Shown: piece after piece, positions 37,999 through 49,343 of the stretch | Layout: every line of letters starts with the position of its first letter | Position numbering within the stretch: position 1 is the first letter of the stretch | Assembly: GCF_048309325.1 (NCBI RefSeq) | Contig: NZ_DBFBTX010000002.1 | Coordinates: forward strand, 42,478-106,477 | Origin: Veillonella parvula | GTDB taxonomy: Bacteria > Bacillota > Negativicutes > Veillonellales > Veillonellaceae | Direction of reading: 5' to 3' | Length of the DNA: 64,000 nucleotides | Made by a program: the position numbers and the translations under genes | Notes under the pieces: generated by a model | Database searches by the model: none | The model's input: the letters and a program-made list of their open reading frames with translations, nothing else | What the model was told of the DNA's origin: nothing

Positions 37999-40900
37999 AA
38001 CAATTTAACTTAGCCGAATGGGCTCTTAAACACAAGTCCATTATCTACTACTTCATGGCTGTGCTCCTCACCTTCGGTATTTTCTCATTTACCCATATGG
38101 GACGCATGGAAGATCCTGATTTTACGATGCGCACCATGGTGGTCGGTGTTGCTTGGCCGGGGGCTTCTCCACAAGAAATGTCGAATCAGGTAACGGATAA
38201 ACTCGAAGAAAAACTACGCGACCTTCCTGGTGTAGATTATACAAAATCTTTCACAGATGGCAGCAAATCCGTTATTTATATCAATCTAAGAGAGGATTTG
38301 CCATCCGATAAGATTCGTCCCGCTTGGGAAGAAGCGCGGAATATGATCAACGACGAATGGAAATCATTGCCTGCAGGCGTTCAAGGACCGACCATCAACG
38401 ACAGGTTCGACGATGTATATGGCATTATCTATGCCATTAGTGGTGATGAATTTTCTTATGAAGAAAAGCGTCAACAAGCAGAAGACTTAAAGCGTCAGCT
38501 TTTATCTGTTCCTAATGTTAAAAAAATCAGCCTCATTGGGGTTCAACAACAAACCCTCAATGTAACCATAAACAAGGATAAACTCGCATCCTATAAAGTC
38601 AGTACACAACAGCTGTTAACAGCGCTTAAACAGCAAAGTATGATGGTTCCAGCTGGTGTGATTACAACGGATACAAACAATGTATATCTTCGCGTCAACG
38701 GTCTATTCGATAGCCCTCAAGCGGTGCGAGATATGCCAATCCGCATCAATAACCAAACGTTGCGCCTCGGTGACATGGCCGATGTAACCATGACCTACCA
38801 AGACCCTAGTAGTCCTCAGTTCTACTACGAAGGCAAGCCGGCTATAGGTATTGCTATCTCCATGGATGCAGGTGGAAATAATATAGAATTTGGTGAAGCC
38901 ATCGATAAAAAGCTAGCAGAATTGAATAAAACGATTCCTGCCGGCCTCGAACTCAAGCAAGTATCGAATCAGCCTCATATCGTTAAGGAATCTATTGGCG
39001 ATTTCTCTCAATCCTTATTTGAAGCCATCGCCATCGTATTGCTCGTAAGCTTTGCATCCCTTGGTTTACGAACAGGTGTTGTGGTAGCCCTTACCATTCC
39101 AGTCGTTGTGTCTACGACGTTCATCTTGATGTATGAAAGTGGCATTTATCTACATAAGGTTAGCTTAGGTGCCTTAATTCTAGCTTTAGGCCTCCTCGTA
39201 GACGATGCTATCATCGTTGTAGAAATGATGAGTGTTAAGCTCGAAGAAGGGTGGGGCCACTTTAAATCGGCTACCTTTGCTTATCAATCTACAGCATTTC
39301 CTATGCTATCTGGTACGCTCATTACCTGTGCAGGCTTCTTGCCATTAGCATTGGCACAAGGTATGGTAGCAGAGTTTACAAAATCTTTATCCATTGTTGT
39401 ATTTATGGCACTCATCCTATCTTGGTTCGCCTCTGTTCTCGTCAGCCCTGTATTGGGTTATAAAATCATTGAAAACAAGGCTCCTAAGCCGGAATCGGAA
39501 TGGACTAAACGAGACCGTATCATGCACAAGCTCAATGTGACCTTCTATGATAAGTTTGAAAAACTATTACATTGGGCTCTAGGACATCACAAGATAGTCC
39601 TACTGGCCACATTAGGAGCTTTCGTTTTATCCTTGCTTTCACTACCATTGATCAAACAGGAATTTTTCCCATCATCAACGCGTAATGAAATTATTGTATC
39701 CATGCAATTCCCTCAAAGTTCGTCCATCGAGTATACTGCTAACCAAGCAAAAATTATTGATGAACATTTGCAAGGTGACGAACGTATTTCAACCTTTACC
39801 TCGTACATTGGACAAGGTTCTCCGCGTTTCGTTCTCACCTTAGAGCCAGAATTGCAACGAAATAATTTCTTACAATATGTGATCGTCACAAAATCCTTAG
39901 AGGATCGGGATAAACTATATGGTGAATTAACATCTTATTTAAATGAAGAATTTCCTTCAGCTCTCGTAAATGCTCAATTTATACAAATTGGCCCACCATC
40001 TAAATATCCAGTTATGCTTCGCATTGCTGGCCCTGATCAAAAAGTGGTAAAAGAAATTGCCAACCAAGTAAAAGCAAAAATGCAAGACGATAAAGACTTA
40101 CAAAATATCGCCTTTGACTGGCCAGATACAGAACCTGTAGCCAATATTCACATCGATCCAAACAAGGCACGTTTACTCGGCATCGATAGCTACGCTGTAT
40201 CCTTGCACTTACAAAGTCTATTGTCTGGTACTAAGTCTGGTGAATACTACGAAGGGAACCAAACCATTCCTGTTACCTTCCGTTTAGGTGACAACGAGCA
40301 ACATAACTTAAGTGCTCTTTCATCCTTGCCAATTCAAACAGGCAATGGTTCCTACGTACCTCTTAGCCAAATTGCAACTATTACCATGGCTCAAGAGGAT
40401 GGTATTATATGGCATCGCAACATGATGCCAACTATTAGTGTTCATGCGAATGTAAAAGCCGGTGTCTTAGGCAATGCGAAAACAAAAGAGGTCTATAAAT
40501 CATTACAAGACATTCGAGATTCCTTGCCTACAGGCTATTCTATTGACCTAGACGGCGCCGCTGAAAAAAGCGAAACAGCCGTTCAAAAGCTATTAACACC
40601 AATCCCAATTATGCTCTTCGTAATCATGACAATCCTCATGTTCCAATTAAAGCGTATCGCCCTCATGATAATGGCTCTACTCACTGCTCCATTGGGGCTA
40701 ATCGGTGTTGTATTAGCACTCAATATTACGAGAACGCCATTAGGCTTTATGGCTATTCTAGGGATCATCGCCCTCTCGGGTATGATCATCCGTAACTCCA
40801 TTATCTTATTAGACCAAATTGAAATCCACAAGTCAGAAGGACAAGAACCGCGTGAAGCGATTATCAACTCCGCTACACTTCGTTTCCGCCCTATCATGCT

Positions 40901-41057
40901 TACCGCTATCGCAGCGATTTTAGGCATGATTCCTCTTATGGGATCTGTATTCTGGAGTCCATTGGCCATCGCCTTTAGCGGCGGCTTACTAGTGGCAACG
41001 GTTCTAACACTTATCGTATTACCTGTCATGTATGCGAGCTGGTATAAGATAAAATAA
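37995..41057 (+). CDS. RND efflux permease (AcrB/HAE1-like)
   Basis: 1020 aa, 12 TM segments with two large periplasmic loops. ATGA overlap with the adaptor gene. Confidence 0.9.
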   Translation: MKQFNLAEWALKHKSIIYYFMAVLLTFGIFSFTHMGRMEDPDFTMRTMVVGVAWPGASPQEMSNQVTDKLEEKLRDLPGVDYTKSFTDGSKSVIYINLREDLPSDKIRPAWEEARNMINDEWKSLPAGVQGPTINDRFDDVYGIIYAISGDEFSYEEKRQQAEDLKRQLLSVPNVKKISLIGVQQQTLNVTINKDKLASYKVSTQQLLTALKQQSMMVPAGVITTDTNNVYLRVNGLFDSPQAVRDMPIRINNQTLRLGDMADVTMTYQDPSSPQFYYEGKPAIGIAISMDAGGNNIEFGEAIDKKLAELNKTIPAGLELKQVSNQPHIVKESIGDFSQSLFEAIAIVLLVSFASLGLRTGVVVALTIPVVVSTTFILMYESGIYLHKVSLGALILALGLLVDDAIIVVEMMSVKLEEGWGHFKSATFAYQSTAFPMLSGTLITCAGFLPLALAQGMVAEFTKSLSIVVFMALILSWFASVLVSPVLGYKIIENKAPKPESEWTKRDRIMHKLNVTFYDKFEKLLHWALGHHKIVLLATLGAFVLSLLSLPLIKQEFFPSSTRNEIIVSMQFPQSSSIEYTANQAKIIDEHLQGDERISTFTSYIGQGSPRFVLTLEPELQRNNFLQYVIVTKSLEDRDKLYGELTSYLNEEFPSALVNAQFIQIGPPSKYPVMLRIAGPDQKVVKEIANQVKAKMQDDKDLQNIAFDWPDTEPVANIHIDPNKARLLGIDSYAVSLHLQSLLSGTKSGEYYEGNQTIPVTFRLGDNEQHNLSALSSLPIQTGNGSYVPLSQIATITMAQEDGIIWHRNMMPTISVHANVKAGVLGNAKTKEVYKSLQDIRDSLPTGYSIDLDGAAEKSETAVQKLLTPIPIMLFVIMTILMFQLKRIALMIMALLTAPLGLIGVVLALNITRTPLGFMAILGIIALSGMIIRNSIILLDQIEIHKSEGQEPREAIINSATLRFRPIMLTAIAAILGMIPLMGSVFWSPLAIAFSGGLLVATVLTLIVLPVMYASWYKIK

Positions 41058-41186
41058 CTAATATTTAGCTAATAAAATATATAATATTAATCTAATGAAA
41101 TGTCTAATATTTTTCTAACGAAATATCTAATATTTACATAACATCATAAAATATAGCATTAGCTAGTAACTTTATTTCCTTAGTAA

Positions 41187-41238
41187 AAATCCCCTAATCG
41201 TTGTGAAAGTTTACACTTAAACATCGATTAGGGGATTT
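41187..41238. terminator. Bidirectional terminator between the RND pump and ybjQ-like genes
   Basis: aaatcccctaatcg-N24-cgattaggggattt. Confidence 0.7.
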
Positions 41239-41251
41239 ATATTATTTATTA

Positions 41252-41569
41252 TTAAACTACTACAGCTGTACCATTGCATGTAATCATAAGCATGCCATTT
41301 TGTGCACCTACTGTGCTGTATTGGAAGGATACGCCAATAATAGCATTAGCACCCAATTTAGAAGCTCGTTGAGACATTTCGTCGAGAGCTGCTTTACGCG
41401 CATTCATCAAAGAATCTTCATAGCTACCGCTACGACCACCAACAATGTCACGAATACCGGACATGAAATCTTTTACAAAGTTACGGCCTTCTACGACTTC
41501 ACCAAATACAATACCTTTGTACTCTTGTACAGGTTTGTTTTCAATATGCATAGTTGTAGTAATAATCAT
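41252..41569 (-). CDS. YbjQ/UPF0145 family protein
   Basis: 105 aa. MIITTT...GIVFGEVV...GGRSGSYE...ANAIIGV pattern. Confidence 0.8.
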   Translation of the reverse strand: MIITTTMHIENKPVQEYKGIVFGEVVEGRNFVKDFMSGIRDIVGGRSGSYEDSLMNARKAALDEMSQRASKLGANAIIGVSFQYSTVGAQNGMLMITCNGTAVVV

Positions 41570-41726
41570 AATTGTATCCTTTCTAATTGACTACAATATA
41601 TTTTGATTTATTATAACAAGACTTTTAGAGAAAAACAAATATAAATATAGCTTTCACATAAAACAATTACATATTGTATCTCCAAAAATTACATACTATA
41701 TATCAAAAATTTACATATTATACATC

Positions 41727-41766
41727 AAAAAAAGACCTGTTCACTACTTTCATAATGAACAGGTCT
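41727..41766 (-). terminator. Rho-independent terminator after the permease gene
   Basis: On the minus strand, agacctgttca-N12-tgaacaggtct is followed by TTTTTTT. Confidence 0.8.
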
Positions 41767-41778
41767 AATTTTATATTT

Positions 41779-43260
41779 TTATCTATCAAAATCGCGGTCT
41801 AAGTTAACTTCTTTCAACGGCACAACTTTAGTTTTGTTGATGTATTTGTAACCAAGGTACACTGCGAAGAAGATTGGTAAGCCAATGTAGGCAACGGATA
41901 CGCCGTACCAGTCGATAGTATCGCCTGTGAAAGCGGAGTAGTTTTGACCACAAATGATGATGACGCAAAGAATGAACGCCAAGATTGGGCCAACTGGGAA
42001 TAACCACGCTTTGTATGGCAATTCACTAAGATCTCTGCCTTGTGCAATGAAAGCACGACGGAAACGATAGTGAGATACTGCGATACCAACCCAAGCGATG
42101 AAACCGCATAGACCAGAAATATTAACAATCCATGTATAGGCTGTACCTTCGCCGATAAAGCTTGTTAGGAACGCAAATAAACCGATTGCTGTCGTTAAGA
42201 TTAACGCAGGCACTGGAACGCCGCGTTTATTTAACTTAGCAAAAATTTGAGGTGCTTGACCTTCCTTAGCGAGTGCGTACAGCATACGCGTAGAAGAGTA
42301 CAAACCAGAGTTACCAGCACTCAATACAGCTGTTAAGATGATAGCATTGATAAAGCTAGCAGCAAAGGCAAAACCAAAACGATCAAATACGAGTGTAAAT
42401 GGAGAAATAGATACGTTCTCTACACTAGAGTTCAACAAATTTGGATCTGTGTACGGAATCAAGAAACCGATAACCGTGAAAGCACCGATATAGAATAATA
42501 GAATACGCCAGAAGATTGTATTAATCGCTTTTGGCACGTTCTTTTCAGGGTCTTCCGCTTCACCAGCGGCTACGCCGATAAGTTCAGTACCTTGGAAGGA
42601 GAATCCTGCCACCATAAAGATAGCGAGAATAGATTCCCAACCACCTACAAATGGAGCTTCTCCTACGGTCCAGTTCGCAAATCCTGGAGATGTGCCACCT
42701 ATGCCAAAGATAAGCATAAAGCCACAGAATAGGAATACGAATACGGTAATCACCTTGATGCTAGAGAACACATATTCACTTTCACCAAAGGAACGAGTAG
42801 ATAAATAGTTCAAGCCGAATAAAATGAACAAGAACAGAGCAGACCATACGATGGCAGGTACATCAGGGAACCAATATTTCATGATGAGCGCCCCTGCTAA
42901 TACTTCAGCAGCCAAGGTAATAGCCCAGTTAAACCAGTAATTCCATCCTAAGGCAAAACCAAAGGCAGGATCTACATAACGTTTTGCGTAAGTCCCGAAG
43001 GAACCTGGAATTGGCAGGTATGTAGCCATTTCCCCAAGAGATGTCATGAGAAAATAAACCATGATACCAATGAGGCCATAAGCTACAAGAGCACCACCAG
43101 GGCCAGCTGTACTTACCACTTCACCACCAGCAACGAATAAACCTGTACCGATGGCGCCACCTAAAGCAATCATATTCATATGACGAGCCTTTAGGGACCG
43201 TTTTAGATGTTGATCTTTATTAGACGTAAACTCTACGTTACTATTATGATTTTCAGACAT
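41779..43260 (-). CDS. APC-family amino acid permease (LysP/basic amino acid type)
   Basis: 493 aa, 12 TM segments. Motif MTSLGEMATYLPIPGSFGTYAKRYVDPAFGFALGWNYW. Confidence 0.8.
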   Translation of the reverse strand: MSENHNSNVEFTSNKDQHLKRSLKARHMNMIALGGAIGTGLFVAGGEVVSTAGPGGALVAYGLIGIMVYFLMTSLGEMATYLPIPGSFGTYAKRYVDPAFGFALGWNYWFNWAITLAAEVLAGALIMKYWFPDVPAIVWSALFLFILFGLNYLSTRSFGESEYVFSSIKVITVFVFLFCGFMLIFGIGGTSPGFANWTVGEAPFVGGWESILAIFMVAGFSFQGTELIGVAAGEAEDPEKNVPKAINTIFWRILLFYIGAFTVIGFLIPYTDPNLLNSSVENVSISPFTLVFDRFGFAFAASFINAIILTAVLSAGNSGLYSSTRMLYALAKEGQAPQIFAKLNKRGVPVPALILTTAIGLFAFLTSFIGEGTAYTWIVNISGLCGFIAWVGIAVSHYRFRRAFIAQGRDLSELPYKAWLFPVGPILAFILCVIIICGQNYSAFTGDTIDWYGVSVAYIGLPIFFAVYLGYKYINKTKVVPLKEVNLDRDFDR

Positions 43261-43270
43261 GGGTCACCTC

Positions 43271-45498
<2,228 letters not shown>

Positions 45499-45511
45499 AA
45501 GAATGCCCCCT

Positions 45512-46414
45512 CTACTTTTCTAATGTCCCATTAAGGGCATCGATTTTGCGCTGTTCCTCTTCAGCAAGGAACTTAGAGCGATATTTATTACACAAATTAA
45601 TAACGTGCTGATCCGTCAACTCATCAGGCTTTTTGTGGGTGATAAGCATGGCCACCATAAACATATGACGGCGATTAATAGATCCTTTATAAATCTTATC
45701 AAGGTAAAAGTATATGGATTCTCGCATCGCTTCTGCAAAGTCTGGAAAACTACACTGTATAAATTGCTGACAGTCACTATATTTAAAGTACGGATATTTT
45801 CGAATAACAGATTTAATCTCCTTTATATGAGTCCGATGCAATTCATATTCACAGGTTGGACAGATTTCCTTTTTAGATTCCATGTGCATGCCACATCGTT
45901 TACAACGATGGTATCCATGCTGCTCTAAATAGATTTCTCGCTTTCGAGCCGTAATTTGTATTTTCCGGAAAGCAGCTTTTAATGCTTCGTTATCCGTTTG
46001 TTTCAACGATGTATCGATGGCGTCTACGTCTTCTTTTGAAAGCACGATATCTGCAAAGTTAATACGTTTTGTAATAATTTGTTCATCAGGAATCGTAAGA
46101 GACGTATTAGTTTCTACTTTCACATAGCTCTGACGTTTCATGATGAAGCGAATATCGGTGATTACCTCTTGGCGGTAATACTTGTTGATAGCCTCGATGA
46201 TACGACGTTTTTGCATCTGTAATTCCTGCATCCACATGGAATTATCTGCACTGATAACCATATTTGGAGGCTTGATGGACACAATTTTTGTATGATCCGC
46301 GATGACATCACCTACTACATCACGCCACTTGTGAACAAGGGTATTTAATTTATATTGTTCCAGTAAATTCAGTTCTGCTAAGGCCTTTGGTAAACAAAGA
46401 TCAAGGCTGTCCAT
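45512..46414 (-). CDS. DUF721 (DciA-like) protein with zinc-ribbon and long C-terminal extension
   Basis: Start set at ATG 46414 (MDSLDLC); the track GTG is at 46435. DUF721 pattern LVHKWRDVVGDVIADHTKIVSIKPPNMVISADNSMWMQELQMQKRRIIEAINKYY..ITDIRF. It is followed by CKRCG..N10..CPTCE. Confidence 0.7.
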   Translation of the reverse strand: MDSLDLCLPKALAELNLLEQYKLNTLVHKWRDVVGDVIADHTKIVSIKPPNMVISADNSMWMQELQMQKRRIIEAINKYYRQEVITDIRFIMKRQSYVKVETNTSLTIPDEQIITKRINFADIVLSKEDVDAIDTSLKQTDNEALKAAFRKIQITARKREIYLEQHGYHRCKRCGMHMESKKEICPTCEYELHRTHIKEIKSVIRKYPYFKYSDCQQFIQCSFPDFAEAMRESIYFYLDKIYKGSINRRHMFMVAMLITHKKPDELTDQHVINLCNKYRSKFLAEEEQRKIDALNGTLEK

Positions 46415-47501
46415 ACTGAACTTGTCCCCCTTCACAAGAAATAAATTGAACGGATTTCAAATCTTTAAAATCGTGAATATCTGTAGTGGTAATAAATGTT
46501 TGAATTCGTTTATGAATAAACTGCAATAAATTCGTTCGTCTCGACTCATCAAGTTCGCTCAATACATCATCCAAGAGAAGAACTGGATATTCTCCTACCT
46601 CTGACTTGATAAATTCAAGCTCACTCAACTTTAAGGACAATACAGCGGTTCGTTGCTGCCCTTGCGATCCAAATTTCTTTAAATCCATAGCATCGGAAAA
46701 GAATCGTAAATCATCACGATGAGGACCAACGCTAGTGCTTAAACGATGACGATCCTGCGGCAACGCTGCTTTGATACGTTCGTAAAAGCCTTCCTTTGTA
46801 TATTCCAATAAACCATTGTCCATATACGGCTGTTCATAACCAATGGTTAAATTTTCAAGGCCACCTGTCAATTTACGATTCATCAAATCGATGAGCAGAT
46901 TGATTTTTTTTAAGCTTTCTAATCGTTTCTTTACGATAAAGCTCGCCATATCTGCTAGCTGCAAATCCCATTCTTCAAGAGGAATAGTATTCTTTCCCCT
47001 ATATTCTTTTAGGACTGCATTTCGTTGCTGTAACAGCCGATTATATTGCATTAATTGATGATAGTAAGTAGCGCTGGTCTGAGATATTTCCATATCGAGG
47101 AATCGCCTACGTCCCGATGGAGTCCCCTTGATGAGCTGTAAATCTTCAGGACAGAAGATAACTGTATTTAATGTACCAATCAGTTCTTTTTGAGATATTT
47201 TTGTGTCGTTTAATCGAATATCCTTAGGGCCTTGACGGAATAATTTAATATTTACCTTTTGAGGCGTATCTTTTTTCTCAAATTTTACAACTATGCCTGC
47301 TTCTTCAGCATTAAACATGAGCATATCTGACGTATCATTCGTACGATGGCTTTTACCAATGGTACCAACATAGATAGATTCGAGGATATTCGTCTTACCA
47401 GCCCCATTAGTGCCATATAGAACAATAATCTCAGGATTAAACTGTATCTGTACATCCTTATAATTACGAAACTGAAATAACTGCAGTGAGTCAATTCTCA
47501 C
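46401..47501 (-). CDS. recF: DNA replication and repair protein RecF
   Basis: 366 aa. Walker A GTNGAGKTN and signature SQGQQR. Confidence 0.95.
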   Translation of the reverse strand: MRIDSLQLFQFRNYKDVQIQFNPEIIVLYGTNGAGKTNILESIYVGTIGKSHRTNDTSDMLMFNAEEAGIVVKFEKKDTPQKVNIKLFRQGPKDIRLNDTKISQKELIGTLNTVIFCPEDLQLIKGTPSGRRRFLDMEISQTSATYYHQLMQYNRLLQQRNAVLKEYRGKNTIPLEEWDLQLADMASFIVKKRLESLKKINLLIDLMNRKLTGGLENLTIGYEQPYMDNGLLEYTKEGFYERIKAALPQDRHRLSTSVGPHRDDLRFFSDAMDLKKFGSQGQQRTAVLSLKLSELEFIKSEVGEYPVLLLDDVLSELDESRRTNLLQFIHKRIQTFITTTDIHDFKDLKSVQFISCEGGQVQYGQP

Positions 47502-47504
47502 CGA

Positions 47505-47738
47505 TTATGCCTCCTCTTGTGTAATCACGAGGTCTACATCAAGACCTTCACAAGAAATCACATCACCAACGCGGCATTTCTTGCGTTTTTCCGTTACGAC
47601 CTGACCATTCAAGGTAAGGATGCCTTCATCGATGAAAGATTTAATTTGACCACCTGTTTCAATGATGCCTTCTAACTTCAACAACTGATCAATTTGAATG
47701 TACTCCGTATGAATGGGTACCTGCTGTTGCTCTTTCAT
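47505..47738 (-). CDS. S4-domain RNA-binding protein (B. subtilis YaaA/RlbA position)
   Basis: 77 aa with the S4 fold pattern IQIDQLLKLEGIIETGGQIKSFI..VNGQVVTEKRKKCRVGDV. Synteny dnaN-S4-recF. Confidence 0.8.
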   Translation of the reverse strand: MKEQQQVPIHTEYIQIDQLLKLEGIIETGGQIKSFIDEGILTLNGQVVTEKRKKCRVGDVISCEGLDVDLVITQEEA

Positions 47739-47895
47739 AACGTTCTCCTAAAGTAGACAATTAACATAAGCATATATATCATACTGAGTCCAGGTCGCTC
47801 GCTGGGCATTTTTCTTCGAAAAATTGCACGCTCCGACCAAAGTGATGTGTGTCTCCCATCGTCGCTACCGCTCCTCTGTTAGCTCACACCCTACT

Positions 47896-49008
47896 TTAAG
47901 CATTTGTGCGAACTGGTGTTACTACGTATGTATAGTTTGGATTATTGTCTTGTCGAATGACAACAGGACCATTTTGTTTTAAGAACAAGTGGATATTATC
48001 GCCTGTGCTGTGACGCAAGATGTCAGAAATGTAGCGACCATTGAAGGAGATTGTGAAAGGTGTGCCTTTAAATTCAACAGCTACGTCTTCTTTTGCCATA
48101 CCAATTTCAGTATTTTGAGTAGACAATGTTACATTACTTTCAGCCCAATCATAACGAATTACATTATAGCTGATATCTTTAGCCAATAAGGATACGCGGT
48201 CAACGGCACCAGCGAATTCGCGGCGGTCAATAACAGCGCTAGAATCGAATTGGGAAGGAATTACCTTTTCATATTCAGGGTATGTACCTTCAATCAAGCG
48301 AGAAATAATATAAATAGATTCAAAATTGAATACGATTTGTGTACGATTCCAAATGATATTGATCATAGCTGGATTATCTGTTGGTAATAAACGAGATACT
48401 TCAGCCAACGTTTTTGTAGGGATGATAGCACGCATTGGAGTCGTTGCTGGTTCATCGATGGTAATTTTTTTAACAGCCATACGGTGTGTATCGGTAGCAA
48501 CCATAGTGACTTCGTTTTCATTGATTTCAAGAAGAGCACCGGTAAAAACAGGACGATCTTCATCAGTAGCTGCTGCGTAGTTTGTTAAATCGATAAGTTC
48601 TTTCATAGCAAAGCTATCGATGTTTACATGATCTTGGTCGTGAATTTGTTCAACCAAGGAGAAATCATCTGGGTGTAATGTAACAAGATTAAATTCGGAA
48701 GATCCAGATGTGATTGTCAAAGAATTTCCGTCTTCTGGTTTGTAAAGTTCGATAGTATCGCCAGGTAATTTACGAATTAATTCTTGGAAATAACGGGAAC
48801 CTACCACTAAAGTACCAGGTTCTTTGATGTCGCCGTCAATTGTTAAACGGATACCAAGTTCAAAGTCGTTACCTTGCAATTCTACTTGACCATTTTTTGT
48901 AGTTATGTAAATAGCACCTGGTAAGTTGGAACTTGTTTTATTTTGAGATACCTTTTGCAATACGTTGATTGCTTTTTGGAGATTTGCTTTAGGGAATGTA
49001 ATATGCAT
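47896..49008 (-). CDS. dnaN: DNA polymerase III beta sliding clamp
   Basis: 370 aa with AGGAG 6 nt upstream of the ATG. The protein matches DnaN over its full length. Confidence 0.95.
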   Translation of the reverse strand: MHITFPKANLQKAINVLQKVSQNKTSSNLPGAIYITTKNGQVELQGNDFELGIRLTIDGDIKEPGTLVVGSRYFQELIRKLPGDTIELYKPEDGNSLTITSGSSEFNLVTLHPDDFSLVEQIHDQDHVNIDSFAMKELIDLTNYAAATDEDRPVFTGALLEINENEVTMVATDTHRMAVKKITIDEPATTPMRAIIPTKTLAEVSRLLPTDNPAMINIIWNRTQIVFNFESIYIISRLIEGTYPEYEKVIPSQFDSSAVIDRREFAGAVDRVSLLAKDISYNVIRYDWAESNVTLSTQNTEIGMAKEDVAVEFKGTPFTISFNGRYISDILRHSTGDNIHLFLKQNGPVVIRQDNNPNYTYVVTPVRTNA

Positions 49009-49020
49009 ATGTTACTCCTT

Positions 49021-49150
49021 TATAATTTTTATATATTGTAAAAGCACTAATAATTAATTGCTTTGTTTGTAATATTCTATGTTTACTATCTTAGATGCTC
49101 TATAGATATTCTACGGTAGATCTATTTCTACTGGTTTTTTGATTGTTTGT
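49021..49150. other. AT-rich candidate DNA unwinding element of oriC (dnaA-dnaN spacer)
   Basis: AT-rich stretch between the dnaN start and the TAG-trio array. Confidence 0.5.
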
Positions 49151-49179
49151 TAGTTTTAGTAGTAGTAATAGTAGGGGCC
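49151..49179. promoter_or_regulatory. DnaA-trio-like array (TAG TTT TAG TAG TAG TAA TAG TAG) followed by a GGGCC cluster
   Basis: Read directly. The plus strand 5'-TAG-3' is 3'-GAT-5' on the strand opposite dnaA, as in the B. subtilis basal unwinding system. Confidence 0.6.
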
Positions 49180-49187
49180 TGTTTATA

Positions 49188-49343
49188 TGTGTAAAAGTGA
49201 TTTGGCGCTACTAACTGTGTGAATTATGAGTTGTGTATAACTATGTTGATAGTTTGTACCTACTTATCCACATATTAACATCAAAGTATGAGTTTTAGGA
49301 TATCCACAAAGTTATTCACCGTATATCCACAGAGTTATCCACA
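49188..49343. promoter_or_regulatory. DnaA-box cluster (oriC, dnaA-dnaN side)
   Basis: TGTGTAAAA 49188, TGTGAATTA 49218, TGTGTATAA 49232, TTATCCACA 49264 (perfect), ATATCCACA 49300, TTATTCACC 49312, ATATCCACA 49323, TTATCCACA 49335 (perfect; overlaps the dnaA stop codon). Confidence 0.8.
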
